NCBI RefSeq assembly: GCF_006345805.1
Contig: NC_043001.1
Coordinates: 30,380,001-30,444,000 of the forward strand
Direction: 5' to 3'
From: Octopus sinensis
Lineage: Eukaryota
DNA length: 64,000 bases
Part shown: positions 1 to 10,969 of the stretch, one piece after another
Layout: the number at the start of each line of letters is the position of its first letter
Position numbering within the stretch: position 1 is the stretch's first letter
Notes under the pieces: model-generated
What the model saw: the letters and a program-made list of their open reading frames with translations, nothing else
Database searches by the model: none
What the model was told of the DNA's origin: nothing
Made by a program: the position numbers and the translations under genes

Positions 1-256
1 GGATGTTAAATGATGATGATGATATATACACACACACACACACACAAACATATTTACATACACACACGCAGACATATATAAGAACATTCCACAGGCAACC
101 TTCAACTTTTTCTATCCAAAAGGTTTTTAACTCAATATTTATAGCTTTATTTGCTTAGAGATTCCCTGTTCCAATATAGACAAAGACATAAATATGAACA
201 CATAGGTACAGAGCAAGGGAGAGAAAAACAGTACTCAAATACTAAAGGTAGAGTGA

Positions 257-403
257 AATATTATTTTATTGAAGCTGAAAAGAACTTTACAAGTTGTTCC
301 TCTGAGTTATCGTGAATCTAATTCCCATAACTATCTGATGAATTGTTACATGAAATTCAGAGAAACAGTTTGTGAAATTTCTTTCCGCTTCAATAAAAAT
401 ATT
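257..403. repeat. Inverted pair of Penelope-like element (PLE) tails with a degenerate hammerhead motif
   Basis: TTTTATTGAAGC (264-275) pairs exactly with GCTTCAATAAAA (387-398), and imperfect pairing continues inward for ~55 bp. The right arm has CTGATGA (335-341)...GAAA (352-355). Confidence 0.6.
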
Positions 404-411
404 ATATAATA

Positions 412-1507
412 CTAGCTTAAGGTGACCCACTCTATGCGCGGGTGGGGGTGTGGTTGTTACTGTCTGTTGCTTCCTTTCTGTTCCTTATCGCCACATTCTC
501 CCTCTTTGCTTCTCTCTCCTTTCTCTCTCACTTTCCCACTCTCTTACTCTTCCTTTGTCTCGGACTCTCCCTCGCTTTCTCTTACTCTCTGACTTTCTCT
601 ATCTATCACTCTCCCATTCATAAAAAACAAAAGATCTTGAGTAAGTTGAGAAAGAAAATATTTTGAAAGATCAATCATAAATATCAGGCAGTGACAACAG
701 AAAGCACACTTGACTTTTGTATGTGCCACTATTTGAGTGATTAAAAATAAGAGAAAAAAATATTTCTTTGTTAAATTTAGTACTTATTTGGGGAATTTTT
801 CAACAATTGACCATGCAAATGAAATCTCTAAACACAGGCTACATGCAGCTGTAAATTTCTTTCAGAAAAAATGAAAACTGTAAACAATAAAAAATAAAAG
901 ACAAGAATACATAAAAATGAGAAATTTTTTTCAACTTCAAAAATCTTGCCTTAATTTTCATAATTTCGAATCCATTTCCCACACTTAAATTACAAATCCG
1001 CTTCCACTTTACCATGTTGAAAATTTGAGTGAAATCGAGCAAAAGGGGTCCAATCTAGACCCCCAAGTGTCCCCAAAAATCAATGAAATCCCTGTTTTCA
1101 CAGCAAAGCAACCACTGTAGCACCCCAAAACGTCTCCCAATCAATTTCTCACCTCAAGTTACCCCCTCCTGTAAATTTTAATCACCTTCCAGCCCCATTT
1201 AGACCCCTTTTTACATAAAAATCCAACTTGTATCAACGTTCGCCTTCATTTTATAGATTAGATTAGATGCCTTTCATGCCAATCTGGAGGGGCTTAGAGA
1301 CCCTTGAATCTATATAAAATCACTCTTCTCACCATAGCAACCGCATCTTTCCACGTGGCGAGTTTTAGCCTACTCAACTCTGCCTCATCACGCCTTCTAT
1401 GCCTGTGTCAATCTTCAGCTTGATCCGACCACTGGTCTGGCCGCCAACCTCTGATGTAGCAAAATTTGCACACAATTTTGACACAAAGCCTCTTTTATAT
1501 ATATAGA
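412..1507 (-). mobile_element. Non-autonomous Helitron-like element
   Basis: On the minus strand it starts A|TC TATATATATAAAAG (1507) and ends CTAG|T (412), with a subterminal hairpin CCCGCGCATAGAGTGGG. Insertion in an AT dinucleotide is the Helitron hallmark. Confidence 0.7.
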
Positions 1508-1584
1508 TAGACTCTATAGATATTGATTAAATTTGACTTTGCAGGCAAAACCAATATTTGATAGGCACAAGCATGATTATGTCA

Positions 1585-1730
1585 TTAAGAAGCATGCTTC
1601 GCAACCACATGGTATGGGATTCAGTCCTTTTGATGGCATCTTAGGCAAATGTCTTTTACTAAAGCCCTGAGTCAACCGAAGCCTCATCAATAGATTTTGT
1701 AGACAGAAACTGAAAGAAGCCTGTCATACA
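1585..1730 (+). mobile_element. Degenerate tRNA-derived SINE, family A head
   Basis: CAACCACATGGT...TTCAGTCC...GGCAAATGTC...GAAACTGAAAGAAGCC matches the younger copies at 10970 and 58316. Confidence 0.7.
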
Positions 1731-2098
1731 ATATATAAACTTTGAATCTTTGACCTTTACATAGTCAGAGCTGAGGATTAAATCAAATAAAACCAAAAAT
1801 AACTAAAACTACTGGTATATCCCAGACCTATCTACATCATTTTTGTGGACCACTAAAAGCAATCCCATGATCCAAAGGGAGCACACCTAAATATACATAC
1901 TTGTTTACAATGTTCTACATACATGAATAAATTGTAAACAGCAACATAACACCACAATTAATCTGTAAAAACATCTCTAAATCACCTCTCTATTACAACC
2001 CACCCAACAACTTAATTACCTCTCCACTCAAACACACATACCAAAGGAAGATTTTAACTTAACAGTGATTATATAAAGCCAAGATTAACTTCAATGCG

Positions 2099-2147
2099 TG
2101 GCAGTCTGATGATGTTTTACCTGGCTGAAAATTCGAAGTCACTGTCA
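2099..2147 (+). ncRNA. Type I hammerhead ribozyme-like motif (PLE type, partly degenerate)
   Basis: 7-bp stem I (TGGCAGT/ACTGTCA), CTGATGA core at 2106-2112, GAAA at 2127-2130, palindromic TTCGAA in stem III, GUC site at 2138-2140. Stem II is weak. Confidence 0.55.
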
Positions 2148-2261
2148 ATAATATTCTTGCTTAATAAATTTGTACTCCCCAAAAGTATAGAGTAATCCAT
2201 CAGATTAATGTAAAATTGATTTTTATTATAAGAGAACATTAAAAAGAAAAACATTAATCAT

Positions 2262-3270
2262 CATCATCATCATCACCATTTAATATCCATTGTTCATGCT
2301 GGCATGGTTGGACAGTTTGACCAGGGCTGGCAAGCTGAGGGACTGAACCAGACTCCACTCTGATTGTTTCTACAGCTTGATACCCTTCCTAACACCAACC
2401 ACTCCAAGAATGCAATGGGTGTTTTTACGTGCCACTGACATGGGTGCCAATTGCGTGACACCAGTATCTGTCACAACTACGATTTCACTTGGCTTTATGG
2501 GTCTTCTTCTCAAGTATGGCATATTGCAAGAAATCTCAGTCCTTTGTCACTGCTTCCATGGGGCTCAATGCTCGAAAAGTACCTCTTATGTTCCACTGGC
2601 AGGGGTGCTAGTTACAGAACACTGGCATCAGCCACATTGCCTCCGTGAGGCCCAACACTTGAAGGGTGCCTTTTACGTACCACCAGCATGGGTGCCAGTT
2701 ACATAACACCAGCATTGGCCACTACTACAATTTCACTTGACTTGATGGACCTTCTCAAACATGGCATATCACCAAAGGTCTCAGTCACTAGTCATTGCCT
2801 CTGTGAGATACAGCATTCAAAGATCATACTCCACAATCTCATCTCATGTCTTTCTGTGTTTATCTCTACCACAGGTTCCCTCCACTGTTAGAGATCAGCA
2901 CTTCTTTACCCAGCTGTCCTCATCTATATACATCACATGAACATACCAGCACAGTCATCTCTCTTGCACACTACATCTGATGTCTCTTATGCCCAACTTT
3001 TCTCTCAAGACCTTTACACTCTGTCATACATATCCAGCAAAGCATGCTGGCTTCATTTCTTTCAAGCCTACGCATATCCTTGGCAGTCACAGCCCATGTT
3101 TCACCACCATGTAGCATAGCAGTTCACATACAGGTATCATGCAGTCTGCCTTTCACTCTGAGGGAGAAGCCCTTTGTTGCCAACAGAGGCAGGAGCTCTC
3201 TGAGCTTTGCTTAGCCTATTCTTATTCTCACAGCTACACTCTCAGAGCATCTACTTCCGCTACTGACTTG
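2262..3270 (-). mobile_element. 5'-truncated RTE-clade LINE (ORF C-terminus plus 3'UTR ending in (GAT)n)
   Basis: Minus-strand translation through stops/frameshifts gives RELLPLLATKGFSLRVKGRL...MLHGGETWAVTAKDMRRLERNEASML...LREKLGIR...TVEGTCGR, typical of the RTE post-RT region. It runs continuously into the common 3'UTR repeat. Confidence 0.85.
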
Positions 3271-3302
3271 GTCACCTAGATAACATAAGCTAACAACTAA
3301 CT

Positions 3303-3900
3303 CTAGCTTACCCCACTGGCAGACTTGGTGTTACAGACAGAGCAGTTAGTGCCTTTCTCAACCATGCCCCACACATAGTAATCCATAGCGTTACTACAAT
3401 CAGGGGAATTAAGAGGCCAGAAATAGGGGCTGGCGAAGTTGTAGAAAATTTCCGACAACTCCTGACTTTTTCCAAAGGTGGGACTAGGAACTGAATTCTG
3501 ACCGCTGCACATATGGCATTCCAGCAGCAACTCTCTCTACCCAGGGACTGCCCACAGTCACCAGCAGCTTCATATAGTCATCTGAATTGAGCCCAAGGCT
3601 CAATTCAAAGATGTGGGCTTGCATGATGTTACCCTCACAGGGGAGACACAAAAAGTCTTCACAATTTGGATGAACTTGGTTTTCACGTTGTCCGTGTTAT
3701 GTCACTGTTCACATAGATTTGAGCAGCATTCATGATGTCAGCTTTTTGATACCTGGCATGAATGATCATGATATAGGTAACTCTTTACCAATATTCAGAT
3801 GGTTTCCTATCCCTGTCAAGCTAACTTTTTCTCAGCTACAACTTTAATCTTTATACTCTCCGTCGCTATTGACTTGTTCATCAATATAGCAAGCTGTTTC
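3303..3900 (-). mobile_element. Degenerate Tc1/mariner (maT/DD37D-like) transposase remnant
   Basis: FWPLNSPDCSNAMDYYVWGMVEKGTN resembles the WPPNSPDLNPMDYYVWG motif of maT/Bmmar1-type transposases. Same family as 50212-50580. Confidence 0.75.
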
Positions 3901-4538
3901 TGAAAACAGGAGACATAAAAATCGTCAAATTTAGCCCAAACACCCTGTATACATTTAATCTCATTCTTTTTTTTTTTTTTTTCCCATCCTCATCTTATTT
4001 TATGTAAATCTCTACTCTGTATTTAATTTATCTGTGTAATGCGCTCTTCATCTGGTTCCAGTAATTTATTAATTACATATGTCAATCAGTCTATCCAATT
4101 TATTTAAGCCCTTTGTTAAAAGTGGATTTATAAGACATTCCTACTGAAACTCATCTGGCTTATCCCTTTCCTTCTGACCACCAACACTGAAGATAAGGGA
4201 CAAGGTACTCACACCTGTATATACAATGTTGGCTAAAATCTAAAGATGTTTTCAGTACTAAATGAATGGCATTGACACAAAAACCTGTAAACGTACCAGT
4301 AACTTATTCATACTATACACCCTCACAAACACGTATTTATGAATATGTATTTGTGATCGAATCGAAAACTGTTGGAGCAAAGAAAAATTCGTTTCATATA
4401 TATAATATATTACAATTTCAATGGTATGAATTGTTGATGCGACGACTTGTCACATTATTATCATATATTACACACACTGTTTTCTAAGTTCAGTTGCATG
4501 AAACATTTTGAAAGAAAAATTATTGTACGTTGACTCAC

Positions 4539-5196
4539 CTTTGTTACTTTCGCCATTACCGTCCGTTAACACTACCCAAGGAATAACGTTGTTATTTTTT
4601 ATCAAATAAACAACTCCTGTTCTATCATCAACAGTGTATAAATTTCCATTATATGTCACAAGTTCAGACAATTCCATACCGCGCCCACCTTGAGACAGGG
4701 TTGACGAAAGAGTTAACATTTTAGATTCAAAATCAACTGATAAATTGGTGAAATCATCTGAAATAGTTAAATTCCCTAATTTCATGTAGCTGATCCAGGT
4801 ATTTGATTTTCTAAACGACTGCGTGTCTAAATCTGCGATTATGGCTATTCGGTATTTCAACCCGGCTTCTGTTAATACTGGTTTGGAAAGTGGGTAGATT
4901 GAATTGTAAAATCGATTTGAATGAAAATTGTCACGCGGACAATTTATAGCTAAATTCGATGGATTAGGAAGAAACATCACAACTAAGATAAGAACAGCGC
5001 CAGCGAAAATGGCAGCATACGCAAGGAAACGGGGTTTTATGTGAAGTTTAGCATTACCGACCCTATAAGGTACAGGTCGGCGTATGGCAACCATCCAGTC
5101 ATGTACAGTTGAAGGATATGTGCCCTTCATATCATAATCCATAAAATCTGTAAGTTGTTCCTGATCTGGAAACAAATTTTGCTTCACGGACACCAT
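4539..5196 (-). CDS. CANT1: Soluble calcium-activated nucleotidase 1 (apyrase), first coding exon; downstream exons not found in window
   Basis: N-terminal signal anchor (FLAYAAIFAGAVLILVVMFL), then apyrase motifs YRIAIIADLD, GRGMELSEL, YTVDDRTGVV, PWVVLTDGNG. Ends AAAG|GTGAGT (donor at 4538, phase 1), just before the expected FKxEW motif. Confidence 0.95.
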
Positions 5197-5428
5197 TGAC
5201 GTGGGCCATGATCAGTGTCGTCTGTCGTCATGTTTTTTAAATTTATTACCGCACTGAATATTTAATCTTGTTAATAAAAAAGGAACTGTTATAATATATT
5301 TTAAGTAGTATTTCTCGATTAAATAATTTTTATTGTTAAAAAAAAAATAGTAAGATTATTTTTAAAGTAAGCTATTAATTAATCCTTTACCCCGAAGTAG
5401 TCTTATGTCTCCACGTGCATTTTAGAAC
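5197..5428. promoter_or_regulatory. Putative bidirectional promoter shared by CANT1 and RSL1D1
   Basis: 232 bp between divergent ATGs (5196 minus, 5429 plus). CACGTG E-box at 5412-5417. Free of repeats. Confidence 0.7.
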
Positions 5429-5464
5429 ATGGCTTCGAAACTACTTGATGTCGAAGTGGATCAG
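5429..5464 (+). CDS. RSL1D1: Ribosomal L1 domain-containing protein 1, exon 1 (MASKLLDVEVDQ)
   Basis: ATG at 5429, donor CAG|GTAAAT, phase 0 matches exon 2. Resembles the LDxEQV start of the L1-like domain. Confidence 0.8.
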
Positions 5465-6240
5465 GTAAATTGCTTTGTTTTATTTGATTTATCTGAAATA
5501 TATTATTACTGCATGGTTAAATACTTTATTAATATGTCGGTTCTCCTGTATATGTTTCATTTGTTACTCTAAAAATATTTTTTGCAGATAAGTAATCTGT
5601 ACTCTTTTTTTTTTTTTTAACACGACTCAGTTTTACTAACTTCGCAATTTATACCGAAGGATTAACGTTTTAGGGAATATTGTGGCATATTATTTTTATG
5701 TCTATTCATACCACTTTTTGTGGTTACGAATCATTAAAGAGCTGAATTGAGTAGTGGACAGAAAAGGTACCCAAATAGATTATTATGTTCGAAAATGCGA
5801 ATGGTGTTACCATCTCGCCTGGCAACGTGTTAACTCGAAGAACCCATTGAATATTCCTCAAATCAGTATTGTCTTAGAGAAGGACATGTTTGATAATATT
5901 GTCTTGGCAAAAAAAAGATTGGGTGTCACGGAGAGAATGTTTTTGATCATCAGTATGCTTTATTAGAGCTGACTTGGTATTAAACTCTTTCAACACATTC
6001 CTTAATCATAACCTAAATTTTCCTCGTGTCATATTTTCCTGTTTTAACAAACGGAAAGAGGACTTTGGATTATGTAGTCCAGGATTTATTTTAGCCAAAA
6101 AAAAAAAAAATCAATATGGTCATAGCTTGAACTTTCTGATCATAGATCTGCTCGGGTAGAGCTTAGCTGTCATTTTTTGGCAATCTAGAAACGGAAGATT
6201 GCCCATTTTTTTCATACTCAGTAATATAGATCAGATGAAG

Positions 6241-6457
6241 CTACTTGAGAACAGTGGTCCCAGTACGCGTACTCGCGCATCCGCGTTAGCTAGTCATGAC
6301 TAGTCGATCCTTACTTTGTGTTTTTTTACATTGTTTAAAAAATTATTTTACTTTGTGTAAAAATTTTTTTATTTTGTGCTTTATTTACTTTGCTAGGTAG
6401 TCGTAGGATCGACTAGCTAGCGCGAGTGCGCGCACCGGGACCACTGTTCTCAAGTAG
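6241..6457. mobile_element. Fold-back/MITE-like element with ~55-70 bp inverted arms, next to Merlin remnant
   Basis: CTACTTGAGAACAGTGGTCCC at 6241 has an exact reverse complement ending near 6457. Imperfect pairing continues through CTCGCGC and TAGTCGATCC. Confidence 0.7.
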
Positions 6458-6639
6458 TACCGCTATTTTTTCGCTAATTCATGAGAGTTTTCTTTATAGA
6501 TAGGTTATTCTTACGTAATTATTTTTTTTAGTAGTGTACTTTGATTTAGCATCATAAAAAGTGTTGGATACAATAAAGACCATTGGTGAAAAAATATAAG
6601 GTAATCTTTTAGTATAGGATGTTTAAATAAATTAAAATT

Positions 6640-6905
6640 AAAGGGGATAATTAGGTTCCCATACCAAAATAACGGTACGTACACTAATGAAGTGATTGTG
6701 CATCGGGAGAACTTTATAGATAGGACAAATAACGACGTGCATACGCGAAGTGTGGAGAATATGTGGATAAAAAGAAAATTACGATGTCGATTTGGAACGT
6801 CAGGCAATTCATTTCATATTTACATGAGTTTATATGGAGGAATTCTATACCAAAGAAAAGGACTTTCGTTCACTTGGTGGCTACAGCCAATGTCTACGTT
6901 AACAG
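6640..6905 (+). mobile_element. Merlin (ISXO2/IS1595-like DDE) transposase remnant
   Basis: VIVHRENFIDR...VHTRSVENMW...KRKLRCRFGTS, then after a frameshift HEFIWRN: the HxxNF, HTQxIExxW and EFxWR motifs of Merlin/ISXO2 transposases. Confidence 0.8.
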
Positions 6906-7559
6906 CAAGTTATCTCCCCTTTAATTTTTATTTACATTTTTATCCTGAAAGATTACCAAAATTATAATCTTTGACATTAAGGTGAAGAGTGATGAATCTG
7001 GTCAGGATACCTGCATGTTGCAAGTAATTTTATTTGCAGGAATAGGAACTAAACTTAGTACTACAAGACAGCAAATAATTTGAGAATCTTGCAGTGTAAC
7101 TACTGTCAACAGAAATGAATTATTTCAAACACTGGTAGCTATTTAGTGATAGAACCCTGCTAATAAAGCCTTGAGTGTCTTGGCCAGCAACACTGTAGTG
7201 ACAGTGAAGGGATACAAATGGTTAGTTTGTTGTTTTTGTTTAGTCTGAGGCCAGTCTTAATTAATGCTGCTCATCACTATCGGGGCAGAGATTGCTGTCT
7301 GCAAGTGCAAGCCCCATAAGTCGGAGTGACTCTTCCAGCACATCTCCTTTGCTATTCTCAGGAGCAGCGCCTTTACGATTTTGTCTACTGGTGCCATGAG
7401 AAATATTGAACTATGATAGAAGAAAGTGGCCTTTAATTCATAAGAACCACTGTTTCAAATATATCTGGGTCTACATGTTAAGTTAAGTTAATTTTTTGGC
7501 TCAAAAAGCAAAAGGCAAGGCCATGTAGGGGGGGACACGGATTATGTACAGGGAGGGTG

Positions 7560-7745
7560 TTCATGCAAAGAGTTCAGGCCATTTCTGGTCAAGAGAGACT
7601 TTGAAACGAGCGGTCGTCGGCAGCTTATTCAACAGATCCGCAACCCGGACGGAGAAAGCCCCTCTTCTTCGATTGAGATGAAATCTTCGCAGATAGAGCT
7701 TTTCAGAGTGACCCCACAGCCGACGCTCTGGAGCAAGAGTATTAA
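7560..7745 (-). mobile_element. CR1/L2-type LINE 3' ORF fragment
   Basis: Minus-strand RRLWGHSEKLYLRRFHLNRRRGAFSVRVADLLNKLP resembles the CR1 C-terminal RGHxxKL...FFSxRVVxxWNxLP motif. Confidence 0.75.
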
Positions 7746-8414
7746 AATTTGACTACCAACTCTAGTAGGCCAAACAGCTACATAAAGGCTCTTTCAGTGA
7801 CCCATCCTAAGACAAAGGTATGGCTATATAGATAAGAATTAAGAAGTTTGTTTCGCTACCACATGCTTCTGGCTCCAATTCTATTGTATGTCATTTTAAT
7901 CTAGCATGTTCTACTGCCTCAGATTTATCAATACCTTGTGAGTGATACTTGCTTGACAAAAATTACACAGAAGTCCAATATATGTGTCCTTGTGTGTTTA
8001 TTTTACATTGGTCTAAAAAAAAAAAAAAAAGGTGTTATGTTGTGTTCTTTCATGCCCTTAGCTTGATGGTGTGGTAAATAAAAACCCCTTAAAGTAATTA
8101 CTAAGCTGAAATAAATGTTATGCGGTGAAGGGGTGTAATATGATTGAGTAAACCCCTGAAGGTGGTGCTCTAGTGTGGCTGCAGTCCAATGACTGAAACC
8201 GGTAAAAAAAAAACTAAAAGAATATTCACATTTACAGTCCATGACTACATCTCAAACTCTTTGTACATGGTTCTGGCCATAATCAGAACCATTGTCATTA
8301 TTCTGCATTTACTTTACTTCATTTTCATTGCTTCCTGCATTTTCTAGAAAAAATTCTCCCCATCAAAATTTTATGGCATACCATAAATTGTAAATTTTCT
8401 TGTTTTTATTCTAG

Positions 8415-8551
8415 GTTAAATCCAGTATAAATGCCCTGTTCAGTTTTTTAAAGAAGAAAAGAAAAAATGAACTATTTGATGTTCCAGTGAAAATATTAAT
8501 GTCTTTCACCTTCAAATCAATTCCAAAAATCAAGAACAAAGTTATCAACCT
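8415..8551 (+). CDS. RSL1D1: RSL1D1 exon 2
   Basis: TTCTAG|GTTAAA...AACCT|GTAAGA; VKSSINALFSFLKKKRKNELFDVPVKILMSFTFKSIPKIKNKVIN; 137 nt, phase 0 to 2. Confidence 0.92.
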
Positions 8552-8748
8552 GTAAGAAAAATTGACATCTTTATTAAAATAATTTAGATACATGTTTTTT
8601 TTTACTGTTTCTATTGAGTTTGAGTAGTTTCGTTAATAATTTGGTTTTATAATTGAAGGAATTTTTTTTTTTCTTTTTACAATTATGTATGTCATTTGAT
8701 GGCATATTAGATGCACACCAATTTCACTGTACATGTTCAAGAAAAACA

Positions 8749-9060
8749 GTGCAGGTGTGGCAAGTTTGTTTCCCAACCAAAAGGTTCAAGGTTCGGTCTT
8801 ACTGAGTAGCATATTGGCAAGTGTTTTCTACTAAAGCCTTGTGAGTGGATTTGGTAAAATGGAAACTGAAAGAAGCCCATCGTATATGTGTATGTGTGTG
8901 CTTGACAACCTGTGCTAGTGTGTTTACATCCCCATAACTTTGTAGTTTGGTAAGAGAGACTGCTAGATTAAGTACTGGGTTTGATTGGTTCGATTAAAAT
9001 TCTTCAAGACAGTACTCCAGCATGGCCACAGTCTAATGACTGAAAGAAGTAAAAGATAGT
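8749..9060 (+). mobile_element. Older A-microsatellite-D composite SINE
   Basis: Diverged match to the 10970 element, with both the A head and the CCAGCATGGCC...ATGACTGAAA tail. Confidence 0.7.
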
Positions 9061-9449
9061 GCATTAAAGTTTATGGGAGGCCCAACTTTGCATATAAGAC
9101 CCTGGATGATATTTTGAGACATTTTGGTGGGGTGGGGGTATGTTTATAAGCCATCAAATATGGTTTATTTGTATGTTTTGCCACTCTATTCAGATGTATG
9201 AAAATTAATAAGTCAACTCAGAGGTATCTCTACTTCAGCTGCTAAATTAGATGTTTTTGAGCAGATTATTTGCTATAATCTGTTGCAAGAAGTTGTTAAA
9301 TATGACAATAATTCAGTAACATTATAATGATTACGTACAGTATTCAGCATTTCCATGTACTTTTGTTATCACAACAGAAATAAGTATATTTATCGTGAAG
9401 GTTATATAATTCACTCACACTGTTCGAGTTATTTTATTCTTTTATATGC

Positions 9450-9565
9450 TTCAGCGTTGAGGCTGCTGTCATGCTGGGGCACCACCAGTTACAAAATCTG
9501 CCCCGGGTGAGGAGCAGATTTTTTAACTCGTGGTGCCCCAGCATGGCCGCAGCTTCAAGACTGAA
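9450..9565. repeat. Palindromic hairpin of two inverted SINE-tail copies in RSL1D1 intron 2
   Basis: CATGCTGGGGCACCAC (9470-9485) pairs perfectly with 9530-9545, AAAATCTGC (9493-9501) pairs with 9514-9522, 12-nt loop. Confidence 0.85.
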
Positions 9566-10284
9566 ACATACAAAAGAATAAAAGAATTTGAATAGTGTGA
9601 GTGATTTAAAATGTTTAAAAAATGATGTTAGAAAACAATAATTTCTTAACACTAATATGTGAAGGCCAGAAATGAAACCATGCTCGTATGAAGTATAAGC
9701 TACAAACTAGACCGGTGATGGAACTTTTCTTGCTATGGTGAAATTTCAATTTTTTTAAAGTAATCCTGTCATTGGTATAGTAACAGTTTGACTGAAGCTC
9801 ACAGGTTCACAAGGCCAAAGCATATCTGGATTTCCAAAATGTTTCAGCAACTGAGAGTACAGAACTCCAGATCCACTAAATATTTGTATCTTTGGGGCTG
9901 CAAACCTAGTATGGTTGATGTTATGGTTACATTGCTTTACACCCAGTTCAACTTTATTGTTCCTTTACGGGGCCACTAAAATAAGTACTGGGCAAATTTT
10001 GGGGGCAATAGAATCTACTGAAATGGTCCAACATAGCTACACTCCAATGGTTGTAAACAGAATAGATGTATGTGATGCATTTGATAAAAGTGAAAATGAG
10101 CTTGGTCTTTGTAGTTAACTGAATTACAATCAAGAAGTATCTTTTCTGGCGACAAATAAAAAGTATTTCTTTTTTGCTCTCTTTTTTTTTTAACTTCATT
10201 TTTATATGGTATGTTAAAATACTGATAAACTATTTATGCCATACAACTTATGATTAAATTTTTTTATTCTTTTATTTCTGTTAG

Positions 10285-10429
10285 GAATGTCCCTCATGGT
10301 TTAGGCTTTGAAAATCAATACATCTGTCTCTTTGTGCCTGATTTGAACAAGAGAGTACGAGATTCTGACCCTACAGTTTTTCATTACAAAGAACTTTTGG
10401 CCGAGAAGAAAATAACATGTGTTTCTGAG
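10285..10429 (+). CDS. RSL1D1: RSL1D1 exon 3
   Basis: GTTAG|GAATGT...TCTGAG|GTAAAT; NVPHGLGFENQYICLFVPD (cf. LPHS...ICLFTKD); 145 nt, phase 2 to 0. Confidence 0.93.
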
Positions 10430-10969
10430 GTAAATAAAATTTCTGATTGATTTAGTAATACACCATAATCCATCGGATCTTTGGAATTACTACTGAAAAC
10501 TTTATAAGAAGAGGAATTTTCATAAATGGTCTTCATTGCTTTGTAAAGGTATAAGCCAAGCACAGCAAAGTAGCAAAACACTTTTTAGTTAAACACTATC
10601 TCCAAATACCTATTTACAGCTAAATTGAGTGACTGTTGAAAGTTGAATCTTTTTATTACATAGTGGTGCATCATACTGCTGACCCATCCATTCCATTTCA
10701 ACTTAGAAAAGTTTACATTAAAAGGATAAAGATCATAATTCTTTAATCCACTAAACCTAAAGGTTCAAAGGAAGTAATTTTACTTCTGAACTGAGGTGAT
10801 TCTAGATTAATCCTTTAGTGTTTAAACTGGCCATATCTGGCCCAAATATTCTACCTGTTTTCTGTTCAAACTGGCCATATTCAGCCTCTCACACCTTCCT
10901 TATGATGTCATACTAAAAGTAAACAAGCATGCCATTAAAAAGTCAGTGCAAAAAGGTAATGAATGAGTA

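Noticed and set aside
2120-2200. Minus-strand mini-ORF MDYSILLG...FSAR ending at an AG|GTAAAA donor-like site
   Set aside because: No similarity to CANT1 or any protein I recognise, and it overlaps the hammerhead-like repeat.
1-4538. Remaining CANT1 exons (FKxEW...KYEGIEF)
   Set aside because: No such motifs were found on the minus strand by eye; the interval is explained by repeats. The exons presumably lie left of the window.
4468-4538. C-terminal part of the 242-aa ORF (ESTYNNF...QCV)
   Set aside because: Intron read-through after the GTGAGT donor.
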